Part shown: piece by piece, positions 9,001-21,300 of the stretch
Numbering within the stretch: the first letter of the stretch is position 1
Layout of the letters: every line of letters begins with the position of its first letter
Virus record (IMG/VR): IMGVR_UViG_3300003690_003063
Location: 1-64,000 of that record
DNA length: 64,000 nucleotides
Source: a virus
Direction: 5' to 3' (one strand)
Notes under the pieces: model-generated
Database searches by the model: none
What the model was told of the DNA's origin: nothing
What the model saw: the letters and a program-made list of their open reading frames with translations, nothing else
Translations under genes and position numbers: made by a program

Positions 9001-11485
9001 AGCAGCTGCCAATCCCACAACCTTTGAAGCAACTTTAACATTTCCCCCATACAGCGGAGCCCCGGGCGCACCTTTTATTTCGCTTGAAATTCTCCCGGGC
9101 ACTGCCGAGTATTACGGATCTCTTGGTCCGACATTGGCAGGCACTTATGATTTAACAAATCGAGATACTGCCACTTATCCTGGGATTCTTGATTGGACTA
9201 CTGCTGTAAGCACCCCGGGCCCGAGCTGGCAAATTTACAATATGAATCCTCTAATAGCTGAATTGGTCGATGAACTTCCTGAAACCGCGCCGAATATCGG
9301 CGGCAACATCGAGAGTGTTATCCCGGCCGTTGGCGCAGTCCCGGGCCCCTTTAGAATGGTGGCCGCCGGGACACTGTATCCATCAGTCTATATGCACGCA
9401 CTTAAAAATATGTATACCTATATGTTGAACAATGGAGCCTTTAGCGAATATAAACTCAGCCGGCTAAACTTCTTTAAGGACAATACCAACTGTAACCCCG
9501 AAAATGTGGGCGATCTTATGGATATTGATGGCATTATAGATCAGATGACACAAGAGTTTGCCATTTCCGCTTGCGAAGATGGCGATAATGTTCAGGTTAA
9601 AGTAAAAAATATGGTGAGATACGGGATTGTAAATCTTTTGATACAAGCACATCTTGTGGAATTCGTCGTAAGTAATATAATAACGTTTTCGGCCTTTAAT
9701 TTAGATGATATATTTGCTCCGAAGTACGGAATTCGTAAGTTTGTAGTCGAGGGGGTAACAAAGGCTGTAAGCGACATCGTTACTACGACTAGTACCACAT
9801 TGGGTCAAACTAGTTTAAATGGGGTAATTCGGGCCTATTTTTCTCGACGCCTTCAGAGACCATCAGTAATCGCTGCTGGTGGAATAATATCTTCCGATAG
9901 CTCAATTGAAATTGATCCTGACGACGATATTCTTTCAATCCCAATGAGCACATTGGTGGCATTTTTGGTAGACGAAAGAATAACTTATGAGTGGTCATCG
10001 GGGGACAGGAATACAATTAAATCAATTAGCAATATTATTGATCCGACTGGCAACCGACCCTCTCTAGATGATATTTTTCTGAGCGAGATCGTTGGGATGT
10101 ATCCTAAATATAAGCGAAGCGACTTTACAGTGACTATTGGCGAGGGCGGCTTTGATATAGCCCAGGTACACACAATACTCGGGAGTGATTTTGAATGGTA
10201 TCCTGGCGACATCCGTAATCCCCTCGATTCCAGTCGACCTATCACCGCCGGCGCCGTGTTTTTTAGTCGGACGGTAACCTATATCGACGATTCCGGGAAC
10301 CAGGTCACCGCATGTGGGCCAGAGGCATTCGATCTTGTCGGCACCGGCCCAGGCTCGGTGTCGATCAGCAGCAATAATATCTGGCTGCCGGCGAAGAATA
10401 ATACGAATTTCCAGAAATCATATGGGCTTTATTATATTCTTCCGAACCTGGGCGTCCTTAATAATTATCCGGACTTTGATTCATCTGATACATCTACATG
10501 GGTTCCTTTGTGGAATTCGGGCCCTGTAGGGGAACTCTATGACCCCGCGGCCGTCACTCAGCAAACTGCTCAACGCCTCCATGCGCTGCAATGGTTCGCC
10601 GGACACAAGATGTCGATCGAGGCTGGGACGTACGGCGTTAATCCTGTGACTATGTCTGAAATTCTTGCCTTCGAACAGGCCAACTTGGCGATAATGAGCG
10701 GCCCGGGCCCCAGCGTGATGTTAAATCAAATTTTAAGCAAAGACGCCCTCTTTATAATAGCCAATCTTCACAGTATGGCTTTGACTCTCGAATATTTTCC
10801 CGATGTGGGCGCAGCCTTTGAAACTACCAAAATCGCAATTTTAAATCTTTTAAATTCAGTTAATCGATCCGAGCAGCAGCCGCAACCTTCTCGGCCCGGG
10901 GTGGTTCAAAGAATTGCTAATGAAACGGCAACCGGTGGGGACAGCAATCTTGATAGTTTAATGAGGGAGATAATGCTTAAAGTATTGAGAGAGACACCGA
11001 TTGCTATCTTAAAGGGTTTGGTAGAGCTTATTGATCCGCATATAGCTATTTCAAAGTTGATCAGAGACATTACAGGAATGGGCTTCTCCGCGGCCGCAGA
11101 TGCTATAGATCAATCGCTTGCTGTCCTCCCAGGCCCCGGAGGCGATGCGTTAAGGGATGCTGACATAAAAGCTAAAGATATTTTGGGTATAGCATTCTGT
11201 GGACTAAACGTAGCAAATCAGGCAATAACGCATGCGGCTACCAATGCCACGGGAACTGCTGAGGACATCGAAGCCGCGGGTCCCCTTTTGGGTCCCAACT
11301 TCAGTATGAAGGGCGTAGATTTTACCGGGAGTGTTGCTGGTCTCTTTATGGCGCCTCCAAGTCCTTTCGGTATTATCTATTTGCTCTTAATGATGCTCTC
11401 AAATCTGGAAATACCAATAGATGACGAAGGCGACGAGCAACCAGAATTGAATGCAGCTGATCAATCCGATCCAAATGTGTGCTAA
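6080..11485 (+). CDS. Large (1801 aa) virion protein of unknown function
   Basis: Long ORF between spike-like gene and gp25; acidic, scattered Cys, amphipathic/hydrophobic helices. Confidence 0.6.
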   Translation: MGDTPTSISAIKMNTFYSKNGPKIPFSETFKGAGYSQTFYYVVIKIDNTASWMTSDVTSLGEANQNSALKSKAIDYFIEHYLPGFYPFVKGIQTTAEQTDYGSAYTTLRSEIESTLSAFNFRIPPAQKPKVIYSTEYPFVENASSAGVPDASQGIIRYNNYRNHGSAATYTKIDLSTMPLNQGSFEGFMATFSNQLNNFPGQISLDLNANMLKTSVEKILQLMIKELTNIMSLEKISAYQHGDYLEIGFSESTRITVVNFKISGTDGELTTGFITNTEYNGFLSDPLTLITLKNYEDILVDSQQSSRLGEQSSFTGWIDRLGGTSDGSGTYTPDNALGPWNNIFAGREGEDPIDIRDVQRIEKIFSTFKSSKQLQEIENYVSDPKVRKQALQQEKAKRINAGIAMADVIDKALKFEFPLAGLGDTKEGRIINQIINQFGIQELAKEALICLTQGAGVSLSRISTAVKNELLSMSSAPMYTAPTNPPNALKKPDLGDFKAYFSISGDPPLWRQILDIILGALANAAFSIIKALADMFKYNCADLWAGDIGAMDAGEELLSMMNPQTDRTEVPAIDGGIDPEFWPDPSTDHMEHIQNCFFRFGFSDTQAGFLYLSVVSTILSPTEICKLFNSPGDVDQETFDRILEFNENYDDSAVRDNMANYSAISTFFSCASSQVDTTTLCNTYINDVVARLEKRDCPICLDEGALALDPAIAELVNIIDGGITIEIPPIDFLCPESEQYLDNPIIKNTIPNLMYTLVESIGLYMGSSIEGARQAMLEPVVTTQINAALAGALAAAGVVQEPSEFDPEVLDVLMNIFTTISDTLNAMNDPALCPDLDLSKIPQIVEVLEAITMGADLAAVITEASAEAAAEIAEKLEGVQANAAEGTNVAASPYVTYRFNEGYKNRFRYAIDPMVYTYDVGTGRTAGAPAPAASLIPTMNEMDLNVMTSDYSSWNSTAYGQLQLRFNFNRRGEVAAANPTTFEATLTFPPYSGAPGAPFISLEILPGTAEYYGSLGPTLAGTYDLTNRDTATYPGILDWTTAVSTPGPSWQIYNMNPLIAELVDELPETAPNIGGNIESVIPAVGAVPGPFRMVAAGTLYPSVYMHALKNMYTYMLNNGAFSEYKLSRLNFFKDNTNCNPENVGDLMDIDGIIDQMTQEFAISACEDGDNVQVKVKNMVRYGIVNLLIQAHLVEFVVSNIITFSAFNLDDIFAPKYGIRKFVVEGVTKAVSDIVTTTSTTLGQTSLNGVIRAYFSRRLQRPSVIAAGGIISSDSSIEIDPDDDILSIPMSTLVAFLVDERITYEWSSGDRNTIKSISNIIDPTGNRPSLDDIFLSEIVGMYPKYKRSDFTVTIGEGGFDIAQVHTILGSDFEWYPGDIRNPLDSSRPITAGAVFFSRTVTYIDDSGNQVTACGPEAFDLVGTGPGSVSISSNNIWLPAKNNTNFQKSYGLYYILPNLGVLNNYPDFDSSDTSTWVPLWNSGPVGELYDPAAVTQQTAQRLHALQWFAGHKMSIEAGTYGVNPVTMSEILAFEQANLAIMSGPGPSVMLNQILSKDALFIIANLHSMALTLEYFPDVGAAFETTKIAILNLLNSVNRSEQQPQPSRPGVVQRIANETATGGDSNLDSLMREIMLKVLRETPIAILKGLVELIDPHIAISKLIRDITGMGFSAAADAIDQSLAVLPGPGGDALRDADIKAKDILGIAFCGLNVANQAITHAATNATGTAEDIEAAGPLLGPNFSMKGVDFTGSVAGLFMAPPSPFGIIYLLLMMLSNLEIPIDDEGDEQPELNAADQSDPNVC

Positions 11486-11522
11486 AAAGACACGAAGAGA
11501 GTATTTATAGAGAGGGTTTTTC

Positions 11523-11924
11523 ATGTCGTCAGGTTTAGCAGTTAGATTGCCACTTATGGTGGACAGTGTTTTTGGTCCGTATAATCTTATTACGGATTTT
11601 GGGGATTTAGCTTCTCAAAATTTAAAAATGTTAATTTTAACGAATCCGGGCGAACGCATGATGGACACCAGCTTTGGGGTTGGCCTGCGCCGATGGTTAT
11701 TTGAGCAAAATGCTCAGTCTACTTATGCGAGCATTGAAGGGGAGATTATGGCACAAGTTAGACGTTATCTTCCTTATGTTGCTATAGAGCGTGTAGATTT
11801 TATGGCGCCCGAAGGTAACCCCGAGTTATTTCCTAATCAAATCATTGTAAAGATTTACTTTGAAGTTGTTCCACTTAAGTTATCCTCGGTCCTGGAAATA
11901 GATGTTAATACTAGCATCAACTAA
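11523..11924 (+). CDS. Baseplate wedge subunit, gp25-like
   Basis: QNLKMLILTNPGERMMDTSFGVGLRRWLFE gp25/GPW signature. Confidence 0.9.
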   Translation: MSSGLAVRLPLMVDSVFGPYNLITDFGDLASQNLKMLILTNPGERMMDTSFGVGLRRWLFEQNAQSTYASIEGEIMAQVRRYLPYVAIERVDFMAPEGNPELFPNQIIVKIYFEVVPLKLSSVLEIDVNTSIN

Positions 11925-11947
11925 TTATATTGGAGTTGGTAATCTAA

Positions 11948-13741
11948 ATGGCAAAGAAACTTACACGAATAGACTATACGAGCCGCGACTTTGACTCAAT
12001 CCGCCGAGACTTAGAAAATTTCGCTAAGAGGTATTACCCCAATACCTATAAAGATTTTAATCAAGCTTCGTTTGGTTCATTAATGCTCGATACGGTAGCA
12101 TACGTGGGCGATATCTTATCTTTTTATTTAGACTACCAAACAAATGAAAGTTTTTTAGATTCAGCCATTGAATATAACAATGTGGCCCGTCTCGCGCGCC
12201 AACTAGGTTATAAATTAAAGACATCCCCCGCATCTTATGGTATCTTAACCTTTTATATAGAAGTCCCGGCGACCCTAAACGGAGTAGGGGTTAATAGCGA
12301 CTTAATTCCAGTTCTTCAGGCCGGTACCACACTTTCATCTACTGGAGGCGGCTTCTATACTTTATTGGATGATATTGACTTTTCAGAGGAGAATAATCAG
12401 GTTGTTGTCGGCTCGGCCGACGGGGCTTCTGGTGTTCCACAAACGTATGTCATTCGAGCAACCGGCCGCGCCGTCTCTGGTCGCGGTGCGGTAGAGAGTA
12501 TTAAAGTGGGAGATTTCCAAAGATTTCTAAAATTTCAACTAGCTGCAGCTAATATTAGCAATGTTATACGAGTTGTAGACACCGAGGGCAATGAATATTT
12601 TGAAGTAGACCATCTTTCACAAAATATAGTTTATAAAGCACTTCGAAATTCGTCAGCTTCCCGCACCACTGTGCCTAATTTATTACGAGCCGTCCCGGTA
12701 CCTCGCCGCTTTGTGGTTGAAACCATAAACGGCCAGACATTTATACAGTTTGGGTATGGGTCGAACGACTCTCAGTTATCTAATCGAGTGGTTGATCCCA
12801 CCGAGTTGGTATTGGATCTTAATGGCCGAACCTATACCACAGATTTAGATTTTGACCCCACTAACCTTATTAGTACCGATAAATTTGGTATCGCCCCATC
12901 GAGCACTACTCTGACTATTGATTATAGATTCAATACTACCGGCGACGTTAATGCTTCGATCAATTCGATTACTACCGTTGTAACTCCACGCTTTAAATTT
13001 CAGTCTCAAGGTTCTATCTCACGAGCAGATAGGTCGAATGTACAATCATCTTTAGAGGTTACAAACGAAGAGCCTTTTGTTGGTAGTATTAGTCTTCCGT
13101 CTTCTGAAGAAATACGGCAAAGAGCATATAGTTACTTCGCAACACAAAACAGAGCCGTAACCGCGCAGGATTATCAGGCCATTATTTATGGCATGCCGGC
13201 AAAATTTGGAATGATCAAGCGGTGTAACATAGCAAAAGATTCAGCAGAGTTCAAAAGAAATATAAATGCCTATATTATATCAGAGACGAATGCGGGGAAG
13301 CTGACGCCAGCCAATACCACTCTCAAAAACAATCTTAAAAATTGGCTGCTTCAATACAAAATGATTAATGATACAATTGATATCATAGACGCAACCATCG
13401 TTAATTTTGGTGTAGAATATGAAATTTTGATTGATATGTCCGCCAATAAGTACACCGTTATTAACCTTTGTAATAGTGCCCTTGTTTCACTATATTCTCA
13501 AAAAATGGAAGTAGCAGGAGCAATTTATATTACGGATGTCTATAGAGCCCTCCAAAAAGTCGACGGCGTCCTCGATGTAACGTCCGTCGAGATCATCTTG
13601 AAAAACGGAGGCATATACTCAGAATCTAGCTATGATATGGAACTCGCCCTATCTGCTGACGGTCGAAGAATTTTAGGAGAAAAGAATGTAATTTTTGAAC
13701 TTAAGTATGCCAATATTGATATTAAGGGAAGCGTTAGATAA
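11948..13741 (+). CDS. Baseplate wedge subunit, gp6-like
   Basis: YTSRDFDSIR, LARQLGY, QFGYG, EEIRQRA...QNRAVTAQDY motifs. Confidence 0.9.
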   Translation: MAKKLTRIDYTSRDFDSIRRDLENFAKRYYPNTYKDFNQASFGSLMLDTVAYVGDILSFYLDYQTNESFLDSAIEYNNVARLARQLGYKLKTSPASYGILTFYIEVPATLNGVGVNSDLIPVLQAGTTLSSTGGGFYTLLDDIDFSEENNQVVVGSADGASGVPQTYVIRATGRAVSGRGAVESIKVGDFQRFLKFQLAAANISNVIRVVDTEGNEYFEVDHLSQNIVYKALRNSSASRTTVPNLLRAVPVPRRFVVETINGQTFIQFGYGSNDSQLSNRVVDPTELVLDLNGRTYTTDLDFDPTNLISTDKFGIAPSSTTLTIDYRFNTTGDVNASINSITTVVTPRFKFQSQGSISRADRSNVQSSLEVTNEEPFVGSISLPSSEEIRQRAYSYFATQNRAVTAQDYQAIIYGMPAKFGMIKRCNIAKDSAEFKRNINAYIISETNAGKLTPANTTLKNNLKNWLLQYKMINDTIDIIDATIVNFGVEYEILIDMSANKYTVINLCNSALVSLYSQKMEVAGAIYITDVYRALQKVDGVLDVTSVEIILKNGGIYSESSYDMELALSADGRRILGEKNVIFELKYANIDIKGSVR

Positions 13742-15324
13742 TGGCGATTAAAAGATATACGGCTAGTGCGGATACCACCATCACAAATGCTTATGAGGCC
13801 AACCTGTCGACGCGGGGAACCGGCTCAAACATGGGATATGCTGACTCCCTAGAAGTATTCTCTATTTATGGTCAATTATCTGGATCTTCCGGAAGTGTAT
13901 ATCCGGGACAGTCTCAAGAACTTTCTCGTACTTTAATTAAGTTTCCCACAACAACAATTGCTGCAGACCGCACCGCCGGCACTATTCCTGCCAGTGGAAG
14001 CGTCAACTTCTATCTTAAGATGTTTAACGCGGAAACGCCCTTCACGCTACCCCAAGATTTTACTCTGGATATAATCCCAATCTCAAGCTCATGGGCCGAG
14101 GGAGTTGGGCTTGATATGGATAGCTATCAAGATCCGGGCGCCGCCAACTGGCTTTCGTCGAGCACAACAACGGCATGGACCAATATCGGAGGAGACTACA
14201 GGAGTGGATCAGATTTTGCTGGGTATACAAAAACTTTTGCATTAGGGTATGAAGATATAGAAACGGACGTTACACACCTGGTGGAGCGGTGGATGCAAAC
14301 TTCCGGCACCGCCCTTCATTTTGATAATTACGGGGTGGGAATAAAGCTTGACCCTACTCAGGAAGCTTATTATTCAAGCTCGGACGGTTTAAATACGGCC
14401 TACGGAAATGCGTTGGACAACCTCAATGGGTCGACCGACTCTTATTATACAAAGAAGTTTTTTGCGCGTTCGACGGAGTTTTTCTTTAAGCGCCCCGTTA
14501 TTGAGGCGCGCTGGGATAACCGTGTCAAAGATAATCGGGAAAACTTTTATTATTCGAGCTCCTTTGCACCCCTTATAGATAATCTTAATACCCTCTATAT
14601 GTATAACTATGTTCGTGGTCAGTTAACCAATCTTCCAGGAGTAGGAACAGGCTTACTAAATATTTCTTTTTATTCTAGTTCTGCTGGAATTGCCACCGCG
14701 TCGGCTTTATTATTAGCCGCAGGCGGTAATGTTGCCAGCGCGCTTGATACGAATGCTACGGGCGGTTGGGCGAGCACTGGAATTTACTCTTGTTCGGTTT
14801 CCATGACTGCCGCTACTACACGCCTACTGGCCGTCAACGATGTTTGGCACACTGCTAGCGAACCAGCAGGAACTCCAGCTATTCAATTTTATACCGGGTC
14901 TATCTATCCTGAATTGATGCCCACCTATGCGGCTGCTCCTACCTTTAATAGAGTTACAAGCTGTAAAAATCTTAAAAAATCATATTCTCAATCAGATAAA
15001 GCAAGGTTTAGATTTTTTGTGAGAAATAGAAATTGGAACCCCACCATTTACACGAAGGCGATTCAAAATAACCCTACTGATATAATCGTGAGCGCCTCTT
15101 ACTCTGTTGTCCGCGTAACGGACAACTACAGTGCCATCGGGTATGGGACCGGATCGGATTATAGTACTTATTTGTCATATGACAACGATGGTAATTATTT
15201 TGATCTAGATATGTCCCTCTTGGAACGTGGCTATATGTATGAGATTAAGCTATCTTATTATAATAATAGTATAGGCGCTTGGCAAGAGCAACCACAAACG
15301 TTTAAATTTAGAGTTGACGAATAA
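13741..15324 (+). CDS. Virion structural protein (baseplate region), Ser/Thr/Gly-rich
   Basis: 527-aa ORF, TAATG coupling to gp6, beta-rich composition. Confidence 0.6.
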   Translation: MAIKRYTASADTTITNAYEANLSTRGTGSNMGYADSLEVFSIYGQLSGSSGSVYPGQSQELSRTLIKFPTTTIAADRTAGTIPASGSVNFYLKMFNAETPFTLPQDFTLDIIPISSSWAEGVGLDMDSYQDPGAANWLSSSTTTAWTNIGGDYRSGSDFAGYTKTFALGYEDIETDVTHLVERWMQTSGTALHFDNYGVGIKLDPTQEAYYSSSDGLNTAYGNALDNLNGSTDSYYTKKFFARSTEFFFKRPVIEARWDNRVKDNRENFYYSSSFAPLIDNLNTLYMYNYVRGQLTNLPGVGTGLLNISFYSSSAGIATASALLLAAGGNVASALDTNATGGWASTGIYSCSVSMTAATTRLLAVNDVWHTASEPAGTPAIQFYTGSIYPELMPTYAAAPTFNRVTSCKNLKKSYSQSDKARFRFFVRNRNWNPTIYTKAIQNNPTDIIVSASYSVVRVTDNYSAIGYGTGSDYSTYLSYDNDGNYFDLDMSLLERGYMYEIKLSYYNNSIGAWQEQPQTFKFRVDE

Positions 15325-15331
15325 TTAGTAC

Positions 15332-18300
15332 ATGAGCTTTAGAAGTCTATTTGATAAAGCAGTTACTGTTAAATCGCTAGCTAACAAGTCTGCTGAAGAA
15401 ATCGGTGCGCAAATAGAATCGGTAGGATACCATACCGAGGATATTTTGCATGAAGAGCGGTTTATTCCGCAGGTTGATTTTAGCAAGCCCGAAACTTTTG
15501 CTCGCTTTGGATCCGCTGAAGAATATTATGGCGAGTCAATTGATCGAATTATTGGGGATTATCCTTATGATGGGTCCCTACGTGAGCGTCTAAAGTGGGA
15601 AAATGAGTCCACCTATATTGATCTTCATATTTTAGACAATCTTTATCCTCGTACTACGGGCTGGATTACCATGTCAGCAGGAGGATACGGACCCCTGGAA
15701 GGTAGTATTACGGCTGACGGCTATGGAATGCCGACAAATGTAGAATATATCTATTTAGAGGGAGGTCCTCACCCAAGCCCTCATGGTACGAGCCCGTATA
15801 ATATTAATTTTACGGGATCAAATTATTTAGAGGCCACTAAAAATCGCCAATCCAACCTCAAGTTTGACTTAGCCAATAGCGGATCTACTGTAGAATTTTG
15901 GCTCAAGAAAGAAGAATTCCATCTAGATTCAACGAAGAAAGAAGTAATTTTCGATCTATGGAATCACGAAGACACCTCTTCGGCTGACTATGGTCGATTT
16001 CGTCTTGAGCTAAGCGGCGGCGGAGTCGTCCCCGCCGGCTCAAATCCAGTTTTACTTACGGTGATGTCGGGTACATTGGGCTTTGAGTCTACCTCAATTG
16101 CTCCTTCAACATTCGTAGCCTCCGATATCGTAGGCGGTTCCTGGAATCATTATGCAGTTTCTGTAAAAAATACAACGGGCGGTAAATCAGTACACTTTGA
16201 TCTTGGCAGCACTGATGCCATTAATATTGGCGAGGCTGATCTGTGGCAAGGACTTATTGGGGGCGCCGGCGACGCGGCCCTCCCGTGGACGTTATCTGCT
16301 TGGGTCTGGCTAGACTCGATACCCACCAGTGGCGAGCGCGAGATTATTAATTTCTCTAATTCCGATATCTCGCTGGTTTTGGATCCGGCCGGCACTGACA
16401 ATTTTGAGTTAGACATCGCCGGCGCCACGCGGGGCATAACCCGCAGCGGCACGATCTACGCACAGCGATGGTATCATCTTGTGGGAACCTTCGCGGGGGG
16501 GAATGACGGTGCCTTAACTTTCTACGTTAATGGCGAAGATGACAACAACGCCCACGCCACGGTGGATAATCCTACCGGCATCGCCGGCAGCGATTGTTAT
16601 ATCGGAAATCGTAACAGCCTCGCCGGCGCATTCCCGGGTTATATTGATGAGGTGGCAATATGGAACAAGGCCCTAAGTCTAGCTGAAGTTGAGGAAGTAT
16701 TTAATCACGGGGTGCCTCCAAATCTTTTAGGATTCGATAGTGCAGAAAATCTTATCGCTTGGTATCCTCTGGGTGATAATTCCACTGTAAAGCTTGATGG
16801 GACAAACGTACGTTCTGTTGACAATCAAGTTAGTGATATAGTAGGTGGCTACCATGGCTTCGGCGCCGGCGGCACTCTGTCGGGCTCGCAAGTGGTTGAT
16901 TACTCCCCTCTTAACAACTCGGTTACAACCAAATTTTATGTTAACGGAGAGCTTAAAAATGTAAAACAAATTAGTACGTGCCCGCCAGGATCGGCCCGGG
17001 CAGTAGATGTCCTAACGGGCTCCCTTGCGCAGATTGATAGTCCAATTGTAGCAAGAATTGGAAGCTTGATATGTTCACCAGCAGGATCCTCGGCCCTCAC
17101 TGGATCTGGCAAGCTGATGGCGGGCCTAGATGAATTTAGGTACTGGAAGGCATATCGAAGTTCAAAAGATATTGGTCGCTTCTGGTTCACGCAGGTTGGT
17201 GGCGGCACCAATAATGATCCGGAGCCTTTTATTGATACTCAAGAAAAGGTGAATACCAATCTAGGTGTTTATTACAAATTCAACGAGGGCATCACGGGCT
17301 ACGCTTCCATCGACAGCACTATTTTAGATTATTCTGGGCGTGTTACCAATGGGCTATGGGCCGGGTTTACATCTTCAGCCTCCCCTCGAAATACCGGATC
17401 CGCAATTGTTTCCTCTAGTGCGGCTATCAAGGAGTTTGAAGACCCGATCATTTATGCCTTACATCCCGAGGTCGTGACTCTTAAAACTAATTTACAAGAG
17501 TCTGGCTCCGCTTATGATATAAACAATAATTCAGCAATCTATAATTCTATCCCAGCTTGGATTACGGAAGAGGACGAAGAGGGCCAGAAACAATTAAGAT
17601 ATCTTACGCAAATAATGGGAAGTTATTTTGATACCCTACATCTTCAGATGGACACTCTCAATCAGTTTAGAGATATTTCATATGTAAGTGGATCAGAAAA
17701 GCCGCTGCCGTTCTCAGCAAAAATGTTGAACTCTAATGGATTTGTGTCTCCTGAAATCTTTTTGGATGCCGATATCTTAGAAGTTTTAGATGATCGAAGC
17801 GAAGACCGAATATACGCAAAAAGTTTGAATGATATCAAGAACTTAATCTATAAAAATATTTACAATAATCTTATTTATATATATAAATCTAAGGGGACTG
17901 AAAAGAGTTTTAGGAACCTTATTCGCTGTTTTGGTATCGATGACGAATTAATAAAATTAAATCTTTATGCTAGCAACACTACCTACGAATACCGCGAGAA
18001 TCGCCGGAATGTTGTTGTCGCTGATAAAATAATTAACTTTAATACAACGGGTAATACGGCCGCCGTTATTTATAGCTCAAATACGGCCTCGGCTGTGGAT
18101 CCTACTGCTTCGCCGCCTTCTTATACGATTTCTGATACTGCGGCGTTTATTACTTCTAGCGCACTCTTGACAGGAGGATATGCCACCACTCTTGAAACTG
18201 ATGTGTTTTTCCCCCTGAAGAAAGAGCAATCAGATAACACATATCATGGCACCAACCGGTTGAGCGCATCATTGTTTGGGCTCCATAGAGTTAAGCCGCG

Positions 18301-21300
18301 CCCTCACGATCCTGCATGGGACCTTACTACGGACGCCGGCACCGCCGACAATTGTAATTTCCAGGTTTATGCTGTTCGAGATGAAGTGGACTCTGCGAAT
18401 GCCTATTTTATTCTGACCGGGTCAGCCGCAACAGTCATTCCTACTCTTACCTCGTCTCTTTACGAAGACCTATATGAAAATAATTCTTGGAACTTGTCGG
18501 TTGCTATCAAGCCTGAATATTATCCTTTAACACCATACATCTCGGCGTCTAATGATGATCAAGACCCGGCCCCCACTCCGGGGACCCCCGGGACGCGTAC
18601 TGGTAGTTTGAATGACCAAAACTACATCGTTGTATTTAGGGGCATCCAGGCCGACTCGGGCGAAATTTTAAATTCCTTTACAGTTACAGGAACAATTAGC
18701 GCCCCCCACCCCTCTTTTGTTACCAGTAGCAGACGCGTATTTGTGGGGGCCCACAGAACCAACTTTACTGGGACCCTTTTATATTCCACTGATGTTGGAA
18801 TAAATAGTTGTAGGTATTGGTTAAATTATTTAGACGACCAGGCTCTGAGAGCACATGCATATGATACTGAGAATCATGGACCTCTTTATCCTCATAGATA
18901 CGCCTTCCCTTTCAACCCGGCTCCTTCGTTTTTCTCGGCATCATATGGAGAAATCTTAAATATTGACACCTTGATGTTTAATTGGGAGTTTAGTCAAAAT
19001 ACGGGGTCTGATGCTTACGGTGAGTTCCCAGTAACTGACGAGTCGTCAGGCTCATCCCTCTTGGCAGCTGCCCCTGGTACTCCGGGCGGAGATGATACTG
19101 TGTTGCCTCTTTCCGGAACCGAGACGGCCCGATTCGGAGATTTAGGGAAGCTTTTAAATAAGCAATATAGTGCTTATGGCTACGGCTTCTCTGAGTCATC
19201 GTTAACACCAGTCAAAAAAGAACATATTGTTTCTTCAAAGATAAATCCTTTGGAGGTAGTGAGCTCCGTCGACCAAGTTAAGGTTTTGACTATCCAGGAA
19301 CAGCAAGAGTTTGCTATTGACTCACGTCCAGTTAACTACTTCTTTTCTTTCGAAAAGAGTATGTATCGAACTATCTCCGAGGAAATGGTTAATTATTTCG
19401 GCTCTTTAAGAGATTTTAATAATATTATAGGCGCCGCTGTTAATAGATATCGACCAAACTATAAGATTATGGGGAAGCTTCGCAATAGATTCTTCGAAAA
19501 AGTAGCAAATGATGAAATAGATTTTGATAAATTCTATGAGTATTATAAGTGGTTTGATTCTTCGCTTTCCTTTATGTTGGGACAATTAGTACCTATTTCA
19601 GCAGATTTTGCCGAGAACGTTCGAACGATGATTGAAAGTCACGCATTAGAACGCAATAAACACAAGACCCCTTTTCCTTTCTTAGATCAAGAAAAAACCG
19701 TCTTCGAAGCGCCCGCAATAAGTTTAGTGGATTACCAGGGCGCCGTTTCGTCCCCGGACGATGACCCTCAGGGAACCGCTTTTTGGCCCTCGTCAGCCCC
19801 GTCGCGTCGACAATTGGGGCTCTCCACTCGCGCGCTGACTAAGGTGTGGAAGGATACCAGTGCTCCAATCGGCGCCGCAAGCGCAGGGGGGAGTGCGGTC
19901 GTAGCACAAGAAGCGAGGTATCTTTGGTGGAAAAATAGGGTTGAAAGAGACGATTCGCCTTTATCGGCACCGTTTGGTTCCGAGTTCAACGTTCAGCGCG
20001 CCGCCCTCTTTGCTGTTATGACACAAAGTGTTGATTTAGATCAGAGAAGGGTTTATAAGTTTTCTGTTGAGGGCAATCGAGCTTTTGGCGGAGTAGGCCT
20101 CCCGGCAGGCAAAAAAGTTAACTTTGTTTTCGCGGCAACACATCCGTGGGGGCCGTCAAATCCTAATGATTCGGATGCGTTAAAAAATGTGATGTTGGCC
20201 AACCGTGATGATCTAGAACAACTGCTCAATACTACTGATAGGTTTTACGGCCCCAACTTTAAACAACGTCTAGGCCTTTCCTTCAATGCCAGCGTAAATG
20301 ATGATAACCAAGCAGACCGCCTTAGGACCACTGGGGTTAATATAGCTCCTTTTAGTGTATATTCTTCATCTGTATCGACTGGTTATGTGTCAGAAATAGC
20401 CTCAGACTTTACGGGGGGCATAGACTTTACTAACCTTCATCATGACTTGGTTTTTAATGCCGATATTCCTCTTCAGTCCCCATTCACTGAGAAATTTGTG
20501 GGGGGACGAGAGTATCGACATGTGGATATAAGCGATGCTACTGATACAATAAAGACACGTCCCGAAGGCTTCCGAATTCAATTTGAGGACGTTAAGGCTC
20601 CCCCTGGCTCGACGATTAGTAATGCGGTAGCGATCATCCCTCCCAATTCTAGAGGACTAGCCACAGACGGAGAAATACCTACTGGGAATAAGTTTAGAGA
20701 CGAAACAGCGAAGCGCCCGGTTAATATTAAAAATATTTTAATGACGACTGCTTCTGTTGGAACTCGTCTTTCTGGTGCTCTTTCTCATGCGAAAATTGGA
20801 AACTATCAACGCAGCTACCAGGTTGTTCAAAGTAATGGTCGTACCACGAACGATCCGTTTTTTCAAGATCAGTCTTTTGATTTTGCTCAATATCCCGAGA
20901 CTTTGGCAACTCGCGGCCGTTTTGCGCTAGCGCCGCAAGCCGGAAAATCCCTTCATTTTGACGGCGACACCGATTATGTTCGCTCTGTGTTGCCGTTAGC
21001 ATCCTGGGAATCGGCTATTGGTGGCGCCGGCTCCGATGCAAAAGCTGTCAGCTTTTCAATGTGGTTGAACGCTGATACACTTCCGTCCGGACATTGGATC
21101 TTCAAGGTGGGGGGAGCCACCTCAACTTATAGTATGCAAGTTAACTCTGACGAACTTAAATTTATAGTTGGCAGTAGTGGTACTGACCCATATGTGTTTT
21201 CTTCGACAATTTCAACTGGATCTTGGACTCACGTGGTCGCAACTCTTGCTGCTGGGACCGGTAACAAGCCCAATATGTATATTAATGGAACACTTGATAA

